Made by a program: the position numbers and the translations under genes
Shown here: positions 54,058 through 61,853 of the stretch, one piece after another
How positions within the stretch are numbered: the stretch's first letter is position 1
How the letters are laid out: each line of letters starts with the position of its first letter
DNA from: Ignavibacteriaceae bacterium
Lineage (GTDB): Bacteria > Bacteroidota > Ignavibacteria > Ignavibacteriales > Ignavibacteriaceae
DNA: 64,000 nucleotides
Assembly (NCBI GenBank): GCA_013359345.1
Contig: JABWCA010000002.1
Coordinates: 740-64,739, forward strand
Reading direction: 5' to 3'
The notes under the pieces: model-generated
What the model saw: the letters and a program-made list of their open reading frames with translations, nothing else
Told to the model about the DNA's origin: nothing
The model's database searches: none

Positions 54058-54064
54058 GAAAAAA

Positions 54065-55105
54065 ATGATCAGAGTACTGATTGCTGATGATTCTGCAGTA
54101 TCACGTGATCTCCTGAGTTATATACTTGAATCGGATCCGGGAATTAAAGTGGTTGGCACAGCCGTCAACGGCAAAGAGGCCGTGGATCTCGTAAAAGAAT
54201 TGCAGCCCGATATCATCACGATGGATATTGAGATGCCGGTTATGGACGGGGTGGAGGCAACCAGAAGGATTATGGCAAACAACCCCCTGCCGATAATCAT
54301 AGTAAGTTCTTTCTGGAACACAGCCGATGTCAACCTCAGTTTCAGGGCACTTGAAATCGGGGCAATTGCCATTGCGGATAAACCAAAGGGACCCGGAGCC
54401 CCTGAGTTTGAAGCTGAGTCAAAAAAGCTGATAAAAACAGTGAAACTGATGTCGGAGATCAGGGTTGTAAAAAGGATCTATAAGCATAAACAGGAGAGCA
54501 TTAAATCTGTAACCGGTGCAGCGGGAAAAGCAATGCCTCCGGAAAGAAGCATTAAGATTGCCGGAATAGGTGCCTCAACCGGAGGTCCGCAGGTTCTTGA
54601 AAAAATACTCAGGGGGATCAGGAAAGATCTGAGCATACCCCTGCTGGTGGTGCAGCACATAACTCCCGGATTCACGCAGGGCTTTATAACCTGGATGAAC
54701 CAGTCATCGGGAATTCCGGTAAAACTTGCAGAGCACAATGAAAAATTAAAAGGCGGTGTGTGTTATGTGGCTCCTGATCACAAACATATGCTGCTTGAGA
54801 GCGGCTGGCGGGTATATCTTTCGGACGGGCCTCCGCTTAACAGTCACAGGCCATCCGTTTCGGCACTTTTCGGATCCCTTTTAAAGGAGGCAGGCGCCGG
54901 AGCCATGGCGGTTCTCCTGAGCGGCATGGGTAAAGACGGTGCGCAGGAAATGAAAAAATTAAGAGACGCAGGAGCAACAACTGTTATACAGAATCAGGAG
55001 AGCTGTATAATATTTGGTATGCCGGGTGAAGCTAAAAAACTCGGCGGGGCTGAGTTTGAACTGACGCCCGACCGTATAACGGATTACCTGAATCAACTGA
55101 ACTGA
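54065..55105 (+). CDS. cheB: Chemotaxis methylesterase response regulator
   Basis: REC (MDIEMP) plus catalytic Ser/His/Asp motifs GASTGG, VQH, GMGKDG. Confidence 0.95.
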   Translation: MIRVLIADDSAVSRDLLSYILESDPGIKVVGTAVNGKEAVDLVKELQPDIITMDIEMPVMDGVEATRRIMANNPLPIIIVSSFWNTADVNLSFRALEIGAIAIADKPKGPGAPEFEAESKKLIKTVKLMSEIRVVKRIYKHKQESIKSVTGAAGKAMPPERSIKIAGIGASTGGPQVLEKILRGIRKDLSIPLLVVQHITPGFTQGFITWMNQSSGIPVKLAEHNEKLKGGVCYVAPDHKHMLLESGWRVYLSDGPPLNSHRPSVSALFGSLLKEAGAGAMAVLLSGMGKDGAQEMKKLRDAGATTVIQNQESCIIFGMPGEAKKLGGAEFELTPDRITDYLNQLN

Positions 55106-55133
55106 GATCACCACATTTAACCGAAAGGCAAAA

Positions 55134-56444
55134 ATGCAGTCGGAAAAATATATTTTAATCGTTGAAGACAGCCCTACTCAGGCTGAAAAACTAAGATTAA
55201 TTCTTGAAGACAGCGGCTACAATGTCAAAACCGCATACAATGGTGTGGCAGCCCTTGAGATTATCAGGCTGGAAAAACCGCTTATAATCATCAGTGATGT
55301 CATTATGCCCGAAATGGACGGCTATGAACTCTGCAGAACCTTGAAAGACAGTGATGAATTCAGGAATATTCCCTTCATACTCCTGACAGCCCTTTCGGAT
55401 CCCAAAGATGTTGTAAGGGGACTTCAGGCCGGAGCTGATAATTTCCTGACTAAACCTTATAACCAGAAGTTTCTTCTCTCAAGGGTGCAGTATATACTTG
55501 CAAATCTTGATCTCCGTAAGAATATGGTTTCGGATATGGGGATTCAGGTGATGTTTGCCGGTCAGAAATATTATATCAACTCCGACCGCATCCAGATCAT
55601 TGACCTTCTCCTCTCCACTTATGAAAATGCGATTCAGAAAAATGACGAGCTTGCCATTGCCAACCAGGAACTTATGGAAATTCAGAGGGAGATGGCCATT
55701 AAAAACAAGGAGCTTGAAAAACTGAATGCTGAAAAAAACAAGTTCATCGGTATTGCGGCTCATGATCTGAGGGGAAGCATGGGGAGCATTCTTTCATCAA
55801 GTATTCTGCTTGAACAGGAATTTGACACAATTGACAGAGAAGAAGCCATTGAGTTTCTTAAACTCATACGTGATTCGAGCGATTTTGTTCTGGGTATGAT
55901 TAATGAGCTTCTTGATGTCTCGGTCATTGAATCGGGTCAGCTGAAAATGAAGCTGACAGAGTTCGATCCGGTTGAACTTCTTATGAAAAATCTTCAGCTG
56001 CACAGGCATGCTGCCGAGCAAAAACAGATCACCCTTAATTTTTACACTTCTGATAATGTAAAGACAATCATTGCAGATCATAATAAGCTTGAACAGGTTT
56101 TCAGCAATCTGATTTCAAATGCGATCAAGTTTTCTTTTCAGGGGAAAGAGGTTGATGTCACGCTTGAAGATTCAGGTGAAAAACTCCTTCTCACCGTGAA
56201 GGATCAGGGGCTTGGAATACCTAAAAATGAGATCGGGCTTCTCTTTAAGCCATTCCCTAATACATCGGTAAGGGGTACTGCAGGTGAAAGAAGCACGGGA
56301 CTCGGTCTTATGATCGCAAAAAAGATTATTGACGCGCACGGAGGCACAATCTGGGTTGAAAGTGAACAGGGCAAGGGTTCGGTTTTTTATGTTGAGCTGC
56401 CCTATGAGGCGTTCACTTACGAAGATATGCTCAAATACGACTGA
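55134..56444 (+). CDS. Hybrid receiver-histidine kinase (output of the che cluster)
   Basis: N-terminal REC (SDVIMP), coiled coil, AHDLR H-box, NLISNAIKF, DQGLG, STGLGL. Confidence 0.92.
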   Translation: MQSEKYILIVEDSPTQAEKLRLILEDSGYNVKTAYNGVAALEIIRLEKPLIIISDVIMPEMDGYELCRTLKDSDEFRNIPFILLTALSDPKDVVRGLQAGADNFLTKPYNQKFLLSRVQYILANLDLRKNMVSDMGIQVMFAGQKYYINSDRIQIIDLLLSTYENAIQKNDELAIANQELMEIQREMAIKNKELEKLNAEKNKFIGIAAHDLRGSMGSILSSSILLEQEFDTIDREEAIEFLKLIRDSSDFVLGMINELLDVSVIESGQLKMKLTEFDPVELLMKNLQLHRHAAEQKQITLNFYTSDNVKTIIADHNKLEQVFSNLISNAIKFSFQGKEVDVTLEDSGEKLLLTVKDQGLGIPKNEIGLLFKPFPNTSVRGTAGERSTGLGLMIAKKIIDAHGGTIWVESEQGKGSVFYVELPYEAFTYEDMLKYD

Positions 56445-56448
56445 AAGT

Positions 56449-57414
56449 TTATTTGTTGTCAATTGAGAGGCTGATCTCAACGCCCAGGTTGAATCTTTCC
56501 TCTTCAGCAATTATGGGTTTGAAGAACCATGATATTTTACCGTCGGAGGTTATGGGTCCTTCAAACTCGAGGGTAAGTGAATGCCCGAACACATAAAAAT
56601 CATCAGTCAGCTCACCCCTTAATCCTATTTTCTCATCGGTATAGTTATAATAGGCAATCATTGTTACATAGCCGGCAAGGCTGCTGTGGATATGAACAAG
56701 CGGATCGGTTGCCAGGGTAAGTCCGTATGACCACTTCTTTGTGCCGGTGTTGTGAAGCCCCTCGGCTGTAAGAACCAGTTCGTCTCTTTTACCCGGCATG
56801 AAAGTATATCCCGCTTCAGATCTGAGATACGTTTCTTCGTTAAGTTTTTCAAAAGAAAACTCACCCTTAAAATTATCGGAGGGAGTGAAATTAAGTTCGG
56901 TTTCAGTGAAATTCAGAACCATCTCCCTTTCAAACAGATTCGGCTGATTAAAATCGGCTTTGCTTCCTGCCAGAAATTCGATGCTTGCCCAGGGCAGTTC
57001 ATAAACAATTCTGCCGCCGTCAATCCAGCCGTTGCTTGCAAGGCCGGTGCTTGAAACTCTCCCTTTCACGGGCGGAATTGCTCCCAGCTGAACGCGTCCC
57101 CATGAAAAATCTCTCTGGAGATAAAGCTGCCTGAGGTTAAGCTTGAATGTTCTGAATTTTGAGGGATCATTAAAATTTCTGATCGTTTCCCATCTTGATG
57201 TGAATCGGCTTCCGCTTGAAAGGAGGTTTATCAGCTTTATATCTTCAAAAAGGTTAATAGTAAAGTTCAGTCTTAAGGCAGCCTCAAGCCTGTTTTCTCC
57301 GCGCCCGCTTTCAATGTTATCATATCTGGTTTCCCAGGTGAAACGGACTCTCTCAAGGCACTGTGAATAAGCCGCGGTGGCTGCGGTAAGTATAATTAAA
57401 AATACAAGAAACAT
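56449..57414 (-). CDS. Hypothetical exported protein, probable outer-membrane beta-barrel
   Basis: Signal peptide and alternating amphipathic strands (e.g. LNLRQLYLQ). Confidence 0.6.
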   Translation of the reverse strand: MFLVFLIILTAATAAYSQCLERVRFTWETRYDNIESGRGENRLEAALRLNFTINLFEDIKLINLLSSGSRFTSRWETIRNFNDPSKFRTFKLNLRQLYLQRDFSWGRVQLGAIPPVKGRVSSTGLASNGWIDGGRIVYELPWASIEFLAGSKADFNQPNLFEREMVLNFTETELNFTPSDNFKGEFSFEKLNEETYLRSEAGYTFMPGKRDELVLTAEGLHNTGTKKWSYGLTLATDPLVHIHSSLAGYVTMIAYYNYTDEKIGLRGELTDDFYVFGHSLTLEFEGPITSDGKISWFFKPIIAEEERFNLGVEISLSIDNK

Positions 57415-57654
57415 ATTTCTTTGATCGCTGTGTTAAGATTAATATTTGAAAATGAATCAGCCTGATCCGGTGATCAGATTGATTTAAAGAAGCTGCATAA
57501 TCAGATAACAAAAATAGTGCATCCATTAATTCATTATTGATGCGGCATGGGCAGGAAAGGTTTTGAGGATAATATGATCCCGGTTTGATCTGTGCGGAAC
57601 AGCCACAGAGAAAGGAACTGAGTATTGCCGGGACTTATTTATTAGCTCTGAATG

Positions 57655-58014
57655 CTATTTTGTCAGATCGATGATATAGTTCTGTTTTGCGCTTACCGAT
57701 ATTTCTTTTCTGATCGGTTTACCCGCATTGTCAGATGATATCAGGATGTATTCACCTTTTGGTAATCTTATGACCGGCGGAGTATCGAATGTGGAACCGA
57801 GTTTTATCACCCGTCTCTTCTCATTATCCAGAATCTCAACGCCCTTATATAAGATTCTTTCGACTCCGTCATCATAGACATAATCTGAGGGAGTCACAAT
57901 CTCAACTATTGAGAATGTGCTGTCAGGAAGAACTGCGGCTGCCTGACTGGCATTTGCCGGTAAAAAAAGATAAAACAGTGGGATGAAGCCTGAAAGCAGC
58001 CTCTTTAATTTCAT
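57655..58014 (-). CDS. Hypothetical exported protein
   Basis: 119 aa with signal peptide; GGAG RBS on the minus strand. Confidence 0.6.
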   Translation of the reverse strand: MKLKRLLSGFIPLFYLFLPANASQAAAVLPDSTFSIVEIVTPSDYVYDDGVERILYKGVEILDNEKRRVIKLGSTFDTPPVIRLPKGEYILISSDNAGKPIRKEISVSAKQNYIIDLTK

Positions 58015-58056
58015 AAAATAAACTCCGGATTATATGCTGCAAAGTTAATCTCACAG

Positions 58057-58095
58057 TATTAACAAAATGTTAGGGTGCTGTTAAGTGAGTGTTAA
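58057..58095 (-). promoter_or_regulatory. Four phased hexamers (Pho-box/OmpR-family-like site)
   Basis: Plus-strand TATTAA 58057, TGTTAG 58068, TGTTAA 58079, TGTTAA 58090, exact 11-bp period; minus strand TTAACA-N5-TTAACA-N5-CTAACA-N5-TTAATA. Confidence 0.55.
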
Positions 58096-58271
58096 ATCAT
58101 CAGGCGGATTCTGCACAGGGTGGGAACAGAATACCGTCATTTATAGATTAAAAACTATTTTTTTGATTAAAAACAGGCCGTCAAAGATAATTCTTATTAA
58201 AAACCCGGTTGATATAGAAATTAAAAACTGTAATTTTAAATCTGAATTTTAATTATTACAGGCCTTTATCA

Positions 58272-59372
58272 ATGAGCCGGATATCAGAATTGAAAATCCA
58301 GACACTTCTTACAACACTTGTCGTTTTATTAAGCGGAAGCCTCGGGGCGCAGGATCTTGTTAATCCGCTGAGGATATCAGGTCTGGTGTTCGGGGATTAT
58401 TTTTATAATCTGAAACGTGATGCAAATATTATTCAGGCAAAAGATGTTGCAATCGGGGGTAATGCAAAATTTAACGGATTTCAGTTCAGGAGAATAAATC
58501 TCACCTTTGATTATAACATTTCATCAAGATTTTCAACCCGGCTAAGATTTGAGGCCGACCAGCAGTCAAACACATCAAATGGCAGGATAGGAATTTATGT
58601 AAGGGATGCCTTTATAAGATGGAATGACATTTTTAAAGGGAGTGATCTCATTCTCGGAATTCAGCCGGTTCCCGCTTATGAGATAAGTGAATCATTCTGG
58701 GGGCACCGCTTTATAGAAAAAACCATTATGGACCTTCGGGGGGCCGTCTCTTCCCGTGATTTTGGCCTTTCGCTAAGAGGCAGGATAACTCCGGGCGGTT
58801 CATTGAACTATGCGGTTATGATCGGTAATAATTCAGGTAACAGGCCTGAATACGATAATCATAAAAGAATTTATTCTCACATACAGTTCTCCCCTGATGA
58901 AAACTTTTCTCTCACCGCTTACGGAGATTACAGCTCCTCCGATCAGATTCGTTATCAGGTCGGCAATGAATTAATGATGTTCAATGCCGATGGTTATACC
59001 ATGGCTCTTTTTGCGGGTTACCGTAAAAGGGAAAAAGTTTCTGCCGGTGCAGAAGTTTTCAGGCAGACAGTTATGAACGGTTTTAAGCAGAACGAAACCG
59101 TCAAAGATAAAAATATGCACGGCGTTTCACTGTTCGGTACATGGTTTTTTAATAATACACTGAGCCTTGCCGGCAGATATGATTACTTTGATCCAAATTC
59201 AGATACTGACGGCGATTCAAGAAACATCTGGATGGTTTCATTTGACTACACCACTGAAGAAAGAATAGTTATCTCACCAAATGTCATTTATGAGACTTAT
59301 GAGGAACCCGCTCCCGGAGTGAATACCGACCCCTCGCTCACTCTGAGAGTGACATTCTTTTATACATTCTGA
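58272..59372 (+). CDS. Outer-membrane porin (OprO/OprP-like)
   Basis: Signal peptide, FQFRRINL, VRDAF, SSRDFG, GRYDYFDPN, C-terminal aromatic beta-signal FFYTF. Confidence 0.7.
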   Translation: MSRISELKIQTLLTTLVVLLSGSLGAQDLVNPLRISGLVFGDYFYNLKRDANIIQAKDVAIGGNAKFNGFQFRRINLTFDYNISSRFSTRLRFEADQQSNTSNGRIGIYVRDAFIRWNDIFKGSDLILGIQPVPAYEISESFWGHRFIEKTIMDLRGAVSSRDFGLSLRGRITPGGSLNYAVMIGNNSGNRPEYDNHKRIYSHIQFSPDENFSLTAYGDYSSSDQIRYQVGNELMMFNADGYTMALFAGYRKREKVSAGAEVFRQTVMNGFKQNETVKDKNMHGVSLFGTWFFNNTLSLAGRYDYFDPNSDTDGDSRNIWMVSFDYTTEERIVISPNVIYETYEEPAPGVNTDPSLTLRVTFFYTF

Positions 59373-59599
59373 TTTAAAACCCTGACTGCACAGTTCATTG
59401 AAGGCCCGGCAAATACCTGCTCCCTGCCAGGTTGACATCCCGGGTGATTTTTCATTAAACCACATCATTCCCCTGATCAGACCACTTTATATTTGAATAA
59501 TTGAAATATTAATTCATTAAAATGAACTCATCGTTATTGCAGACGGTTAAAATTTATACTCTCCCTCTTAAACTTTTTATAACAAAAAACCGGTAACCG

Positions 59600-61159
59600 A
59601 TGAGCGAAAAAAATGATGTGAAAAAAATACCTGATGCAGGTATTGGTGAAAAGGTTTTAAATCTGGTGGAGCGGCTTGGTAATAAACTGCCTGATCCTGC
59701 CATTTTATTTCTTATATCTCTGCTGAGTGTATGGATTCTTTCAGCCTTATTATCACCTGTGGTGTTCAGTGAAATAGACCCGAGAACAAAAGAACCCCTT
59801 AAGATTGTTAATCTCCTTTCCGGTGAATCGCTGGTTGCGTTCCTTTCAAATATGGTGACCGTATTCACGGGATTTGTGCCGCTCGGGGTTGTGTTAGTGG
59901 CAGTGCTGGGGGTTGGTATAGCGGAACAGTCGGGTTATGTGAATACCGGACTTAAGCTGCTGATGAAAATCACCCCGAGAAAACTCCTCACCCCTATGAT
60001 AATATTGGTTGCTATTGTATCACACACTGCGGTTGACAGCGGTTACGTTATTGTGATTCCCCTTTCGGGACTTATATTTTATACAGCAGGCAGGCATCCC
60101 CTTGCAGGTATTGCAGCGGCTTTTGCCGGAGTATCGGGCGGATTCGGAGCTAACTTTGTTCCCTCTGGAATTGACCCGCTGCTTCAGGGTTTCACACAAT
60201 CTGCCGCAAGAATAATAGACCCTGAAATATTGGTTAACCCTCTTAACAACTGGTACTTCACAGCGTTTTCATCCGTCTTTATAATCTTCCTCGGCTGGTT
60301 CATAACCGACAGAATTATAGAGCCCAGACTCAATTCAAAGTTTAAGTATGAAAGCGCCGGGGAAACAGAATCAGACATGAGTACAATAACACCAAAAGAG
60401 AAAAAGGCATTTTACCTTTCATCCCTTCTGATGATCAGTATGCTGATTGTTCTGGTTGTGACTTCAATGAGTGGCGATTCTCCATGGCGTGATAAAGACG
60501 GCAACATTTCGTCATTCAATGCCCCCCTTATGAAATCAATTGTTCCGCTGATCTTCCTGATTTTTGCTCTGCCCGGTGCGGCATACGGATATATCTCAGG
60601 GTCATTTAAAAAATCCAAAGATGTCATAATGGCGATGGCAAAATCCATGAACGGCATGAGCTATTACATAGTGATGGCATTTTTCTGTGCGCTTTTCATA
60701 GATGCATTCTCAAAATCAAACCTCGGAGCTCTTCTGGCGCTTAAAGGTGCGGAAATTCTGAAGCAGCTTGCCCTGCCGGGTCAGCTTACTATTATCGGAA
60801 TGATTCTGCTCACCGCTCTGGTGAATATATTTGTAGGGTCGGCTTCAGCCAAGTGGGCGCTCATGAGCCCGATAATCGTTCCCATGCTGATGGGACTCGG
60901 TATTTCTCCCGATTTAACTCAGGCAGCGTACAGAATCGGTGATTCATCCACAAATATTATCACACCGCTCCTGGTTTATATGCCCCTTATAGTGGTTTTT
61001 GCACAGAAGTATGTAAAGGAGACAGGCATAGGCACGCTTATATCAATAATGCTGCCCTATTCTATTACATTCATAATCGGGTGGACAATCTTCCTGCTCG
61101 TTTACTGGACCCTGGGTATCCCGCTCGGCATACAGGCTGTTTACACCTATACACCATAA
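59600..61159 (+). CDS. abgT: AbgT-family transporter (p-aminobenzoyl-glutamate/YdaH/MtrF-like)
   Basis: VERLGNKLPDP, GRHPLAG, GVSGGFGAN, GSASAKW, YRIGDSSTNIITP. Confidence 0.92.
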   Translation: MSEKNDVKKIPDAGIGEKVLNLVERLGNKLPDPAILFLISLLSVWILSALLSPVVFSEIDPRTKEPLKIVNLLSGESLVAFLSNMVTVFTGFVPLGVVLVAVLGVGIAEQSGYVNTGLKLLMKITPRKLLTPMIILVAIVSHTAVDSGYVIVIPLSGLIFYTAGRHPLAGIAAAFAGVSGGFGANFVPSGIDPLLQGFTQSAARIIDPEILVNPLNNWYFTAFSSVFIIFLGWFITDRIIEPRLNSKFKYESAGETESDMSTITPKEKKAFYLSSLLMISMLIVLVVTSMSGDSPWRDKDGNISSFNAPLMKSIVPLIFLIFALPGAAYGYISGSFKKSKDVIMAMAKSMNGMSYYIVMAFFCALFIDAFSKSNLGALLALKGAEILKQLALPGQLTIIGMILLTALVNIFVGSASAKWALMSPIIVPMLMGLGISPDLTQAAYRIGDSSTNIITPLLVYMPLIVVFAQKYVKETGIGTLISIMLPYSITFIIGWTIFLLVYWTLGIPLGIQAVYTYTP

Positions 61160-61199
61160 CAGAGGATAACCAGTCTTTAACCACCCCTTAAATTAAAAG

Positions 61200-61224
61200 T
61201 GCCGCTCACAGCGGCATTTTTTTT
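61200..61224 (+). terminator. Intrinsic terminator after abgT
   Basis: TGCCGCT-CAC-AGCGGCA-TTTTTTTT. Confidence 0.85.
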
Positions 61225-61279
61225 GCTAATGATAATAACTGCACCGCCAGTTAATTCCTGTACTACTGTAAAAAATTGT

Positions 61280-61399
61280 TTACACTGCCGAAAAGCGTTT
61301 CGGCAGTGTGTAAAGGCTACGCATGGCAGTGTGCAAAGGCTGCCCCCGGGCAATATTAAAAGGTTACCCCAGAGCAGTGTGTAATGGCTGCCCGGCAGT
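61280..61399. repeat. Hairpin plus four degenerate 23-24-bp-period repeats (GGCAGTGTGTAAAGGCTRC-like)
   Basis: Copies start at 61302, 61325, 61349 (degenerate) and 61373; the first pairs with upstream TACACTGCCGAAA. Confidence 0.7.
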
Positions 61400-61402
61400 T
61401 AA

Positions 61403-61806
61403 TTCCTGAATCCCGTATTCCTGCGTCCTGAATCCCGTATTCCTGCGTCCTGAATCCCGTATTCCTGTGTCTTGAATCCTGTATTCCTGAGTCCTGAATC
61501 CCGTATTCCTGTGTCTTGAATCCTGTATTCCTGCGTCCTGAATTCCTGCGTCCTGAATTCCTGAGTCCTGTATCCTGAATTCCTGTGTCTTGTATCCTGA
61601 ATTCCTGAGTCCTGTATCCTGTATTCCTGTGTCCTGTATCCTGTATTCCTGTGTCCTGTATCCTGAATTCCTGAGTCCTGAATCCCGTATTCCTGTGTCC
61701 TGAATCCTGAATTCCTGAGTCCTGAATCCCGTATTCCTGTGTCCTGAATTCCTGTGTCCTGTATCCTGATTTCCTGTATCCTGTGTCTTGTGTCCTGTTT
61801 TCCTGT
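61403..61806. repeat. About 400-bp 7/8-mer simple-sequence array (TCCTGNN; minus strand CAGGA-rich)
   Basis: Roughly 50 units such as TCCTGAA, TCCTGTA, TCCTGTG and TCCCGTAT; higher-order 22-mer TCCTGAATCCCGTATTCCTGYG at the left end. Confidence 0.95.
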
Positions 61807-61825
61807 TTACTAAGCCGAAGGCGTT

Positions 61826-61853
61826 TCACTGCTCACTACTCACTGTTCACTGT
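61826..61853. repeat. Four TCACTRY heptamers abutting the ppc stop codon
   Basis: TCACTGC TCACTAC TCACTGT TCACTGT. Confidence 0.8.

Noticed and set aside
61356..61829. 157-aa ORF with RNTG/QDSG/TQE repeats
   Set aside because: It is a translation of the 7/8-mer DNA array; the unit length is not a multiple of 3 and there is no protein-like composition.
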